From NCBI GenBank assembly GCA_034520665.1, contig JAXHNJ010000002.1, forward strand, positions 179,166 through 243,165: DNA of 64,000 nt, read 5' to 3'. The notes under the pieces are model-generated. The model did no database searches, was not told where the DNA came from, and was given only the letters and a program-made list of their open reading frames with translations. This DNA is from Patescibacteria group bacterium. Lineage in GTDB: Bacteria; Patescibacteriota; Patescibacteriia; JAXHNJ01. Both the position numbers and the translations under genes were made by a program. Shown piece by piece: positions 31,001 to 39,226 of the stretch; within the stretch, counting starts at the first letter, position 1, and every line of letters starts with the position of its first letter.

Positions 31001-34000
31001 TATAAGATAATTTTTCCAAGTATCTCCGCAAATACTTTCATTAGGTTTAAGAGCCTCCTTGTCAGTCTGAAAAATTACTTTGCTTAAACTAGAGTCATAA
31101 TTGCCAAACCAACAGCCGGCTATACTGACCCAGGTGCCAATAGCCCCGTCCTTGGGCGAAAAATCATTAATCACTGGAGAGCAGTGGTTATTAATACAAG
31201 TGCTGCCTGGACAGGATATTTCTGTTCCGTCTTCAGTTATTAGATTTTCACAGTCTTCATCAGTCACACAAATAGTGGGATCATTAATAATGGTAAATTT
31301 TTCTTTTCTACTAACTGCAGAAGCTGTAACAGTTACTTCTGGCTCATCGCTTGGGTAATAAGGTGGAGGTGGGGTAATATAATGGGCTGTAAATGTTTGT
31401 TTTGGGTCAGTACGACCATCACTATTCTTATCATAATTAGTAAAAGTTCCATAGGGATCGTCAATCGGCGGACTAACCATAGGATTCTTTCTATGACTAA
31501 CTTTCCAGGCCCAATCATAAGAATTGGCAATAAGCATTTGACCAGTAGCCGGGTTACATTCATCCGGAGAACCGTAAGCAAAAGCCTCATAATCTTCTGT
31601 ATTGCCCACGGTAATCGTAGGATCTTTAGGAGTTAGATCAGCAGAAGCAATAGAACAGGCTGTTGGGTCATCTTTAGTCTTAAAGGTCCAGGAAAAACTG
31701 TCATCTGTACCGTCTTCGTCAGCGTCATAATTAATATTGGCTAAAGGCTCACTATCACTATCACTTACTATATTATTATTTAATATTACCCGGTAATAGG
31801 TGTCCGGATTTAAATAACTATCCGGGGTTAGAATGGCTTTTTTTTCCGAGGTATTATAGGTAGGGGTAATACTTACTGGACCATCCAAAGTAGTGCTGTC
31901 ACAAGCCGCCGCATCATGCTCTTCTAAAGTTATATTCGTATTATTAATAGTAGAACTATCCATAGCAATATTAAAGTTTGTTTCCGGCACTGTGTTAATA
32001 CAAGCAGTGCCACAATCAGGCCAGTAATTAGTGACAATAGGCACCCCTGGCGGCAGCTCACAAATATTAAAATCAATACTATTAGAGCTGCCAGTATCAT
32101 TAGTCACATATACATTACCGTCAGTAGTTTCATCAGCTGGCGGCTTGGGAGGAACCTGGCTTTGAATCTTTGTGTCAGTCCAATCACCAGCGTTTATTGA
32201 ATCAACATAAGGATATGAGGGGACAGCCTGAAATTCCACGTCTTTGGTGCTGGTACTAGCTCCGTCTTCAAAACGTATTCCTTCTAGAGTTAGATTTGAA
32301 CTCGGATAACATGAACCACTAATAGAAAATAAACAAGGGCCATTGGCTAGATCATTAGTATTATAATAAAATTCAACTCCTTTAGAAGTTAGAGTGCCAT
32401 AAGTGGCATCATCATAAGTAAGATCAACAGTTACTTCAGGCCGGTCTCCACTAGAAAATGTAGCCGGTGAAGTAGTCACTATATGATTTTCTCCGGAAGC
32501 TTCCAAGGATGCTGAAGTAGTGTCAAAATTAACCGCTGTGGGATTAGCAATCAAGCCAGTAGTTTTCTTTAAACACTGGCCATGGATGGTGATACATTCA
32601 CCCGGTCCACCTTTATTTGGGTCTAAACCAGTGATAAAAGGACCGCAGGTGCAATCTTCAGGAGCCGTAACATCAAAATCCCATAATGGTATACCTTCTA
32701 AGAATCCGCCACTAGAATCAATAACTCGGTCTGTTCTAACTGTTATTGAATAATTTGTACCTGGAGTAAGCGGTGTGGCCGGAGTTAACTCAAAAACCTT
32801 GAAATGATTACTGCTTGGAGCTCCCGGATCCGTAATCTCTAAAGTGCCAAAACCAGAAGGAGCGGTCCTAGTATAAGGCGGACTAATAGTATCAGCCGCC
32901 GGCATAATAACTTGATTACCATTTACAGTAAAGCTAACTTCATTAAAATACATGCTGGTATTAAAAGTAACTATTATCTTTGTATCCGGACAAACATTTG
33001 AACCAGTCGGATACCAACTATTAAAACCAGCTACTTTATCATTAGTTTGAAATTCCAAAACTGGCATGGAAACCATAACATTACCACACAAATCCTCAAC
33101 ATCTTGCACTGTTACTCGATACCAGGTAAAAGGCTCAAGATTATTTGGGGCTATTAGGGAAAGATGAAAACCGTTGCTTTTTTCTGAAATTTCTAAGAAA
33201 TTAGCGTCAATATAAGTATCCGCATCAGTGTCTAATTTATCATCAAATTGGGGAGTACCGCCTTGACTATCTATTTTCTGTAATTGTATATTATTGGAAT
33301 TAGGTTGAGGTGGATTAACTGAATCAATAACTGTGCTGGCATCTATATTCTCAGAAAAATTAATATCAATAATCGGCTCACGATTAACATTTGTATCAGG
33401 ATACCCAGTATCTCCAGTATGTATCGGATAGGTAGTAGTTACTTCCGGTGGAGTGGTATCCATTATATTATTAGTTCTAAAACTGCAAACAACTCGATTA
33501 TTAGGAGCATCTGCATTGCAGTTAACTGTCGGTCCGATAAAAGCACTGCCAGCAATATCTAAAGATAAGGTATCTTTATCATTAATTGTTTCCGGTAAAT
33601 AAAGATTATAATCTGTATCAGCCTTAAAAACCATCAAATCACAAGTGTCACTAGCACCACCGCATTCACCGTCATCCATACAGCTTTGAGTGTTGTCGTT
33701 TGAGCAAACTTTTGGGTGCTTAAAAGTAATACTTTTACCAGAAGTGATCCAGGTACCTTCTTTTACTACACCTAAATCGTCTTCAATATATAAAGTACCG
33801 CTTGATACAGCGCCATCAACTGTTGTTTTTTCCACGTTATTATTAAATATTGGCTGAATACGGCTGCACATATAGACTTCACTGCCATCATTAGAAGTTT
33901 GCACTTCATTAAGATGAAAAGATTGGCCAGCAAAAGTACACCCGGGTATGGTAAGATCAAAATCATAACCATCCCCACTAGCATTACATATAAGACAACC

Positions 34001-34429
34001 ATCAGAAGGATGAGGAGTCCCTGTAGTACAACTGATACCACCACCACCTGAAGAATTAGTAACAAAGCCCTCAACAAACAGAACAATAGCCCAGGATAAG
34101 AGTATAATCACGATGCCAATAACTGTGTTGACAATTACTTTCTTAGCTTTGGCGATCTTTTCTTCGTTGCCTTTTGAAGTCATCCAAAGAATACCGCCAT
34201 AGATTAAAAAAGAAACCGCTACTAAGCTGACAATGCCTAATACCCACTTAATAATATTAATAACAATCTCCTTCAAATTCATTGAACTCAAACCAATGGT
34301 GCCACCTATCTCCCCAATACTATATGAAGTCTGAGCTAAGGTTTGGTTATGTAAAATAAAAAACCCTCCCATCGCCAGAATGGTGATTATTAAAAATAAT
34401 ATTTTTTGTTTTCTGTTAAAAAAGCCCAT
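28082..34429 (-). CDS. Giant (2115 aa) Cys-rich cell-surface protein, with an N-terminal two-helix pilin-like (TrbC/VirB2-like) membrane hairpin, Ig-like repeats and a C-terminal CBM4/9-like domain
   Basis: The N-terminus is ...IIKWVLGIVSLVAVSFLIYGGILWMTSKGNEEKIAKAKKVIVNTVIGIVIILLSWAIVLFVEG. Then ~2000 aa of Thr/Ser/Cys-rich repeated modules. The C-terminus ...NSVELKGGTYDSSDLAASRRYVLQDVPVTYGKTYKLTAWVK resembles a carbohydrate-binding module. Confidence 0.7.
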   Translation of the reverse strand: MGFFNRKQKILFLIITILAMGGFFILHNQTLAQTSYSIGEIGGTIGLSSMNLKEIVINIIKWVLGIVSLVAVSFLIYGGILWMTSKGNEEKIAKAKKVIVNTVIGIVIILLSWAIVLFVEGFVTNSSGGGGISCTTGTPHPSDGCLICNASGDGYDFDLTIPGCTFAGQSFHLNEVQTSNDGSEVYMCSRIQPIFNNNVEKTTVDGAVSSGTLYIEDDLGVVKEGTWITSGKSITFKHPKVCSNDNTQSCMDDGECGGASDTCDLMVFKADTDYNLYLPETINDKDTLSLDIAGSAFIGPTVNCNADAPNNRVVCSFRTNNIMDTTPPEVTTTYPIHTGDTGYPDTNVNREPIIDINFSENIDASTVIDSVNPPQPNSNNIQLQKIDSQGGTPQFDDKLDTDADTYIDANFLEISEKSNGFHLSLIAPNNLEPFTWYRVTVQDVEDLCGNVMVSMPVLEFQTNDKVAGFNSWYPTGSNVCPDTKIIVTFNTSMYFNEVSFTVNGNQVIMPAADTISPPYTRTAPSGFGTLEITDPGAPSSNHFKVFELTPATPLTPGTNYSITVRTDRVIDSSGGFLEGIPLWDFDVTAPEDCTCGPFITGLDPNKGGPGECITIHGQCLKKTTGLIANPTAVNFDTTSASLEASGENHIVTTSPATFSSGDRPEVTVDLTYDDATYGTLTSKGVEFYYNTNDLANGPCLFSISGSCYPSSNLTLEGIRFEDGASTSTKDVEFQAVPSYPYVDSINAGDWTDTKIQSQVPPKPPADETTDGNVYVTNDTGSSNSIDFNICELPPGVPIVTNYWPDCGTACINTVPETNFNIAMDSSTINNTNITLEEHDAAACDSTTLDGPVSITPTYNTSEKKAILTPDSYLNPDTYYRVILNNNIVSDSDSEPLANINYDADEDGTDDSFSWTFKTKDDPTACSIASADLTPKDPTITVGNTEDYEAFAYGSPDECNPATGQMLIANSYDWAWKVSHRKNPMVSPPIDDPYGTFTNYDKNSDGRTDPKQTFTAHYITPPPPYYPSDEPEVTVTASAVSRKEKFTIINDPTICVTDEDCENLITEDGTEISCPGSTCINNHCSPVINDFSPKDGAIGTWVSIAGCWFGNYDSSLSKVIFQTDKEALKPNESICGDTWKNYLILREVPNSKTADLSDDADSGDHPFRVRGGDLASGYSYSIESSDFTTAPYVLTDGYFEVNSTVRPGICALNPNLGKENITDVEIKGKNFGSSRDALPIDEDRVTFHDGVDVTNYVSWANDTMVETTVPLGAETGNIQLFNDGVASNTWPFTVRPPSCDICNNDGDCPVGQGCGDDGCCYDRPSVSSTIPTDGEPNVCLNNLIEVNFDQNMDQSTLNDSNITLTGGVASYTISSYDDRVRINLNDLLKGSTTYTVNLTNDIENTKGVSMVADSFSFTTADTNDPCEIDYIDLNPSHHMFTSKTETRDFTASAYDDNDNSIQSILGVYDWAWHWSMDNKDIATVNNDLKCNGGTYDGDSCVNNDDCPDGICTANPIQTASPVKNGQTWLRSEAQAGTGWTGSKKASAEIEVIFCDMPWEFEEAASNCDINADGCSNDYNFKLFYCRGDYGVCEGTTNTVCTLDYQTSCPTDEECCSDYVGQKCQFSSNILPDLDMSVVRGESGDVLKQYLFKESGRCSEGHQRCSKDPSSPLNCTSGTCEVTDDGIGIRIYANPEALTPQEWYKQNIKDQGSPQSTTVDGYRAVRDGRTVYVGATNYDSGTLYSNIYLISYNKGADSKIKNIYDQLIDYWTFNTNITTAGEKEKIIRDLKRIADLRTITGYLEDYRANQPSSSETNLVNSPGFEDVYTIVSSTDEQVWETPGSFSSEVNVDSSQAHTGNNSVELKGGTYDSSDLAASRRYVLQDVPVTYGKTYKLTAWVKTDDHDDTDDNDDTGDLGFEIHSECLITSIHSFDWTGCDLNSHTDYIYGDNDWTKITNIVYANKADRSIRFIARHRGVVESNDVAWVDDFKIEEIEAPYPMLESGSYISNMSTSIWPSWQASLGNALGKSLPVDPLNEAICPSFPPNTCWDEENKEFLCSSGSSIYAYQTDHGVNYNLYVNLETDNTYWDASTSEFDICDSISSASCDSFDYWVSSP

Positions 34430-34443
34430 GGGGCAAGGCTAAA

Positions 34444-34935
34444 TTATTTATTTTCTTTATTTTTTGAGTCTTCAGTTTCTTGTTGACTCTTTTTTTCTAA
34501 TTCTTCTTTTAATATTTTACTGACTAAATTGCCGTCAGCTTGGTTTTTTACTTTTTTCATGATTATACCCATAACTTTTCCGAAATCTTTAGGCGTCTTA
34601 GCATCGGCTTCTTCAATCATTTCACAAATTATATCACGCAGTTCTTCTTCGGAAAGCTTATCCGGTAAGTACTCTTCTAAAACTGCTAATTGTTCTTTTT
34701 CTTTAGCAGCCAAATCTTCTCTTTTACCTTTTTTAAAGGCCTCTGAAGAGTCTTTATGTTTTTTTGATACTTTCATGACTACATCCAAAACTTTATTATC
34801 ATCAAAATCCTCTCTTTTGGCAATTTCCTCATTTTTTACTTCAGCTTTAAGCAAACGAAGGGTTTCTACAGCCACTTCGTTTTTTCCTTTAAAAGCCTTC
34901 TTATAATCAGCTTCCAATCTTTCTTTTAGGGTCAT
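34444..34935 (-). CDS. GatB/YqeY domain protein
   Basis: 163 aa, ...LRLLKAEVKNEEI...GKVMGIIMKKV..ADGNLVSKILKEEL is the YqeY pattern. Confidence 0.85.
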   Translation of the reverse strand: MTLKERLEADYKKAFKGKNEVAVETLRLLKAEVKNEEIAKREDFDDNKVLDVVMKVSKKHKDSSEAFKKGKREDLAAKEKEQLAVLEEYLPDKLSEEELRDIICEMIEEADAKTPKDFGKVMGIIMKKVKNQADGNLVSKILKEELEKKSQQETEDSKNKENK

Positions 34936-35216
34936 TTATTCTTATTCTTTTGATTAATCTCTTTTTTTAGCATTCGTACCACTTTTTTGGGGTCTTTAAC
35001 ATTATCGAGCTTTCCTGTTTTACTTAATTGTTCCTTAGTTTCCCGCATTTCTTTTTTTCGCAAAGCATTTTCTTTAACTTGTCTTTTATTCTCATTGCCT
35101 TGGTAAAAACGGTTCTTTTTAGCCTTCAAAAGCCGTCCGCTTTGCTGTAATTTCTTAGAAAAACGCCTAATTAAGCCTTCCACAGACTCGCTATCCTTTT
35201 TCTTGACTTCAACCAA
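34932..35216 (-). CDS. rpsU: 30S ribosomal protein S21
   Basis: 94 aa, basic. VEVKKKDSESVEGLIRRFSKKLQQSGRLLKAKKNRFYQ resembles the S21 consensus V.V.ENE..ALRRFKR....G.L.E.RRREFY. Confidence 0.65.
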   Translation of the reverse strand: MVEVKKKDSESVEGLIRRFSKKLQQSGRLLKAKKNRFYQGNENKRQVKENALRKKEMRETKEQLSKTGKLDNVKDPKKVVRMLKKEINQKNKNK

Positions 35217-35305
35217 GTTATTAACACCTCCTTCTAAAATAAGGTAATTTTTTTAATTAAATAATATGTTTATAATATAACACTTTATCGGGTAATAGGT
35301 CAAAT

Positions 35306-35641
35306 TTAAAATTCCTGTCTTTTTCCGCCTAAAAGATGTATATGTAAATGATTTATTTCCTGGCCAGCATCCAGGCCGTTATTTATAACCAAGCGGTATC
35401 CACTTTTATCAACATTCATTTTTTTAGCCATTTTCTTAGCTGTTAAAAAAAGCTTATCTCCTAAACTGCCTTCTTTTTCTGAAAAATCATTAATATTTTT
35501 TAAATGCTCTTTTGGTAGAATCAAAAGATGGACTGGAGCTTTTGGGTTAATGTCATGAAAAACAATAACCTCTTCATCTTGATATTCTATTTTTGAAGGC
35601 ATTTCTCCGGCAATAATTTTACAAAATAAACAATCATTCAT
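35306..35641 (-). CDS. HIT-family (histidine triad) nucleotide hydrolase
   Basis: HLHIHLLGG histidine triad motif. Confidence 0.85.
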   Translation of the reverse strand: MNDCLFCKIIAGEMPSKIEYQDEEVIVFHDINPKAPVHLLILPKEHLKNINDFSEKEGSLGDKLFLTAKKMAKKMNVDKSGYRLVINNGLDAGQEINHLHIHLLGGKRQEF

Positions 35642-36959
35642 TTTTTTCTTTTTTAATAGTATTAGCTTTATTTTTTTCTAATCTTTTTACCACTTCCTCA
35701 TAAATTTTATCATAATCAACCATTTCCTGAATGCCGTTTTCCATATCACGAATAAGAACTGTATCATCCATAATTTCTTTTTGACCGATAATAAGAGTAA
35801 ATTTAACCTTCTTTTTATCAGCTACTTCCAGCTGAGCTTTAAGTCCGGTTTTGGAAAGACTCTCCGCTACTTTTAAGCCTTTTTTTCGTAAAAATTCAAA
35901 AAGCTTAAGGCATTTTCTTCTGGCCTTTTTGCCTAATTGAGCCACAAAAACATCAATTTCTTTTTTTTGTGGCGGTTTAATTTTATTTTCCTTTAATTCA
36001 ATAATCAGTCTTTCAATGCCGCAAGCAAAGCCAATAGCCGGAGTCTGCCGGCCACCTAAAGACTCAACTAAATTATTATAACGTCCCCCTCCGCCCAAAG
36101 CGGCCCTATTTCCTTTTTCTTCATCCTGGCTCCAAATTTCAAAAGTAGTGCCAGTATAATAATCCAAACCTCTCACTAAGTGCGGGTTTAGGGCGTAAGA
36201 AATTTCTAAATCATCCAGATATTCCAAAACCTGCATAAAATGATTTTTACAATCCTCACAAAGATGGTCAACAATTTGAGGAGCTTCTTTGGCAATTTCC
36301 TGACATTCCTTTTCCTTACAATCTAAAAGACGCAAAGGATTTCTGTTTAAACGTTTGCGGCAACTTTCACACATAGCACTCCGCCGCGGCCGAAAATAAT
36401 CCTTTAATTTTCTTACATATTCATCCCGACATTCTGGGCAGCCAATACTATTAACCTGAATAGTAATATCAAGCCCTAACTCCTTATAAATTGAGTGGGC
36501 TAATAATATTAATTGTGAATCTACTACCGGATGGATTTCTCCCAAGATTTCAAAGCCAAATTGCCAAAACTGGCGGTAACGCCCGGCTTGAGGCCTATCA
36601 TGTCGAAAAAAAGGACCTAAATAATAAAGTTTAATCGGCTGGGGTCTGTTAATCATGCCGTGTTCAATATAAGCCCGGGCAATCGGAGCCGTGCCGTCTG
36701 GTCTTAGAGTAATTTTTTCCCTGTGGCTAGTAAAGGAATACATTTCTTTTTCGACAATATCAGTTTCTTCTCCGATTGAACGAATGAAAAGATCGGTTGC
36801 TTCCATAACTGGAGTATCGATACGTTTGAAACCATAAGTTTCTCCTATCTCTCTAATCGTATCTCTGACCCAGTGCCAATAAGGTTGATTTTCAGGCAAA
36901 ATATCTTTCATGCCTCTTAATAATTTTAATTTTTTGTTGGAGTCATTTTTTTTGCTCAT
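35634..36959 (-). CDS. hisS: Histidine--tRNA ligase
   Basis: Class II aaRS motifs ...RYRQFWQFGFEILG... and ...GGGRYNNL..., plus a C-terminal anticodon-binding domain. Confidence 0.95.
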   Translation of the reverse strand: MSKKNDSNKKLKLLRGMKDILPENQPYWHWVRDTIREIGETYGFKRIDTPVMEATDLFIRSIGEETDIVEKEMYSFTSHREKITLRPDGTAPIARAYIEHGMINRPQPIKLYYLGPFFRHDRPQAGRYRQFWQFGFEILGEIHPVVDSQLILLAHSIYKELGLDITIQVNSIGCPECRDEYVRKLKDYFRPRRSAMCESCRKRLNRNPLRLLDCKEKECQEIAKEAPQIVDHLCEDCKNHFMQVLEYLDDLEISYALNPHLVRGLDYYTGTTFEIWSQDEEKGNRAALGGGGRYNNLVESLGGRQTPAIGFACGIERLIIELKENKIKPPQKKEIDVFVAQLGKKARRKCLKLFEFLRKKGLKVAESLSKTGLKAQLEVADKKKVKFTLIIGQKEIMDDTVLIRDMENGIQEMVDYDKIYEEVVKRLEKNKANTIKKEKNE

Positions 36960-36964
36960 ATTTT

Positions 36965-37678
36965 TTATAAATTATATTCGGGTGAAATAAAATACTTCAT
37001 TTTATAAAATGGCCAAGCTCTTAGCCAAGCATAACCAACTATTTGATCTTTAATTATCGGGCCAATACTTCTTGAGTCAAGGCTGGAAGAACGATTATCT
37101 CCCAAGACATAATACTCGTTATTTTTTAGCCGGATAGTAATATTGCCTGAAGTTTTAGTATTTTTATCAAGATAATTTTCTTCTAAAATTTTTCCTTTGG
37201 AATCTGAATGGCTATAAACTTCCACTTTTCCTTCCTGAATGACAATTTTTTCACCGGGCAAACCAATAATTCTTTTAATAATATAACCGCCGGCTTTTTC
37301 TTTTTCATTTACCACCACCACATCCCCTCTTTCGGGCTGGGAAAAACGATAAGTTAATTCATTTATAATTAAATATTCATTATCATGAAAATTCGGTTCC
37401 ATAGAGGCCCCGCGCACATAAAAAGGCTGGATTAAAAAATAACGAACCGGAATAATTATAGCTAAGGAAATAACCACTACCTTTAAAACTTCAAAAATAA
37501 AAGAAACAAAAGACTTGGTAAAAGAAGGCAGGAATTCTTCCTTTTTTTGCAACTTAGTCAAACGACGAAAACCCGGCTTAATTTTTACCTTATTTTCTTG
37601 GGCTTCTTTTTCCGCTAAATTTTCTTTGGGTTGTTCTTTTTTTGTTGAATTTTTTTTGGTATTTTTTTTATTCGGCAT
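36965..37678 (-). CDS. lepB: Signal peptidase I
   Basis: ...VRGASMEPNF... carries the catalytic Ser, and GDNRSSSLDSR is box E. Confidence 0.9.
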   Translation of the reverse strand: MPNKKNTKKNSTKKEQPKENLAEKEAQENKVKIKPGFRRLTKLQKKEEFLPSFTKSFVSFIFEVLKVVVISLAIIIPVRYFLIQPFYVRGASMEPNFHDNEYLIINELTYRFSQPERGDVVVVNEKEKAGGYIIKRIIGLPGEKIVIQEGKVEVYSHSDSKGKILEENYLDKNTKTSGNITIRLKNNEYYVLGDNRSSSLDSRSIGPIIKDQIVGYAWLRAWPFYKMKYFISPEYNL

Positions 37679-37908
37679 AAAAATTTATATTTCTTTAAAA
37701 AACCTGGTGGGCCTAATAGGAGTTAAATCCCTCGATGCTACGCGGGAAAGGTTCTATGACCCTTTTAACTCTTTTAGTTTACTCTACCCTAGTAAAATGA
37801 CAAGTGAATATAAATGATATGGTGGACGATGAAGGACTTGTCACCCTACGGGTGATCCTCCGAAGGAGGAAACCAGAGACTTCTATCGCCCGCCTGCCAA
37901 AGCAGTCA

Positions 37909-37967
37909 TGGTCGCACCTGGACTTGAACCAGGGACTTCTATCGTGTGAGGATAGCGCTCTTACTCC
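37909..37967 (-). pseudogene. tRNA-like fragment with Val-CAC-like anticodon arm, T-arm and acceptor 3' strand. The 5' acceptor/D-arm is replaced by a GC hairpin element.
   Basis: The reverse complement reads GGAGTAAGAGCG-CTATC-CTCACAC-GATAG-AAGTC-CCTGG-TTCAAGT-CCAGG-TGCGACC-A. No matching 5' acceptor strand (GGTCGCA) is present. Instead it is preceded by the CGTCCCGC-TTT-GCGGGACG hairpin and GGATCC. Confidence 0.4.
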
Positions 37968-38033
37968 CGTCCCGCAAAGCGGGACGTGGATCCTCGAAGT
38001 TCTAGCGAAATCGAAGATTTCGATAACTTCGGG

Positions 38034-38105
38034 ACAGCTGAGCCCCGTCTCCCGCAGGGAGACGGGATCCCGATTTCCGACAAAGTCGGAACATCGGGAC
38101 TAATC
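38034..38105. repeat. 72-bp direct repeat, copy 1 of 2 (copy 2 at 38468-38539, one mismatch). Contains a perfect 10-bp-stem hairpin plus GGGATCC.
   Basis: acagctgagCCCCGTCTCCCgcaGGGAGACGGGatcccgatTTCCGACaaaGTCGGAAcatcgggactaatc occurs twice, 434 bp apart, bracketing the GIY-YIG gene and tRNA-Val. Confidence 0.85.
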
Positions 38106-38342
38106 GTTACATATTTTCTTAATTATTTTTGCGCTTTTCTTTTTTTTCAAAAATCTCTCTCTTTGATAAGCTGATTCTATATTAGGATATTTTTCTAATC
38201 TTACAAGAATGAAAGGCTGACGATGTTTTGTGGACTTGGATAATCCTTTATTATGTTCTGAAAAACGCTTATTAAAATTATTTGTTACCCCAATATAATA
38301 CTTAAAATCTTTTTGGCTTTTTAATATATAAACATAATACAT
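38100..38342 (-). CDS. GIY-YIG nuclease superfamily protein (80 aa)
   Basis: MYYVYILKSQKDFKYYIGVTNNFNKRFSEHNKG matches the GIY..YIG..R..EH motif. Confidence 0.8.
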   Translation of the reverse strand: MYYVYILKSQKDFKYYIGVTNNFNKRFSEHNKGLSKSTKHRQPFILVRLEKYPNIESAYQRERFLKKKKSAKIIKKICND

Positions 38343-38351
38343 ATTTTACTA

Positions 38352-38425
38352 TGGGCGCGATAGGACTTGAACCTATGACCTTACGGATGTGAACCGTACA
38401 CTCTGACCAGCTGAGCTACGCGCCC
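38352..38425 (-). tRNA. tRNA-Val (anticodon CAC)
   Basis: Reverse complement: GGGCGCG-TA-GCTC-AGCTGGTCA-GAGT-G-TACGG-TTCACAT-CCGTA-AGGTC-ATAGG-TTCAAGT-CCTAT-CGCGCCC-A. Confidence 0.85.
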
Positions 38426-38467
38426 CTAGTTCATCCTGACGAACAGACATAAAAAGTTTATTCTAAA

Positions 38468-38539
38468 ACAGCTGAGCCCCGTCTCCCGCAGGGAGACGGG
38501 ATCCCGATTTCCGATAAAGTCGGAACATCGGGACTAATC
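38468..38539. repeat. 72-bp direct repeat, copy 2 (see 38034-38105)
   Basis: Identical to copy 1 except gacaaag/gataaag. It lies just 5' (on the minus strand) of tRNA-Val. Confidence 0.85.
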
Positions 38540-39226
38540 ATCCACGAAAACGGAAACTAAATACATTTTTAAATCAATCTTTTGGCTAAAATAAACCAAA
38601 GATAGGCAAATTATAGCATAAAAAAAGAGCTAAATCAAATAAAAATTTTGCTTATTATATTTACTTTATTATTTTTTGTCATTTTTTTTAATATACATCA
38701 TCTTTTTATTATAACTGATAAGAATGGCATTAAAAATAGTAAGATACAAATTATTTTATAGCATTAAAACATAAGCGAAAGTTTATAAAGTTTTATTATT
38801 ATTAACCTATAATATTACTTACAATTTATTCAGGCCGTTATATAACCACATGAAATCAAAAAAACAACATAATTCAATATAAAATACTTGATCATCAAGA
38901 TTAACACTATTTGAGCTAGAAGTATAATAAATTATCGTTAAGATTTTCAGAAAATAATATAAAATTTTACTCCCAATTTTTATGAGTTATTATTTTATAA
39001 AAATTTAAATTACTATCCTTTTATAATTACTCTGTAATAAAAATTAATTTTATTTATTATATCATCAGAATTGTCAACACTACTATTTTTACCTACTGGT
39101 AAGAATTCAAAGTTAGCCACATATTTTCATAATTATGAGGGTCACTGTTTTAACTATTGCCTGGATTATATTTTTCTGGTGGTTTATTTTTTCTTTTGTC
39201 TTACGGCCGCCAAAAAGAAAATGTGT

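Noticed and set aside
29533-33900. Several 69-104-aa ORFs on both strands inside the 6.3-kb giant gene
   Set aside because: All are nested within the continuous 2115-aa reading frame and have biased composition. None has an RBS.
34529-34906. 125-aa plus-strand ORF
   Set aside because: Antisense to the GatB/YqeY gene. Ser/Leu-rich, typical of an antisense artefact.
37804-38174. Two plus-strand ORFs (99 and 62 aa) in the tRNA-Val island
   Set aside because: They run through GC hairpin repeats and the tRNA-like fragment, which explains the Arg/Pro/Gly-rich translation. No RBS is present and the region is explained by structured repeats.
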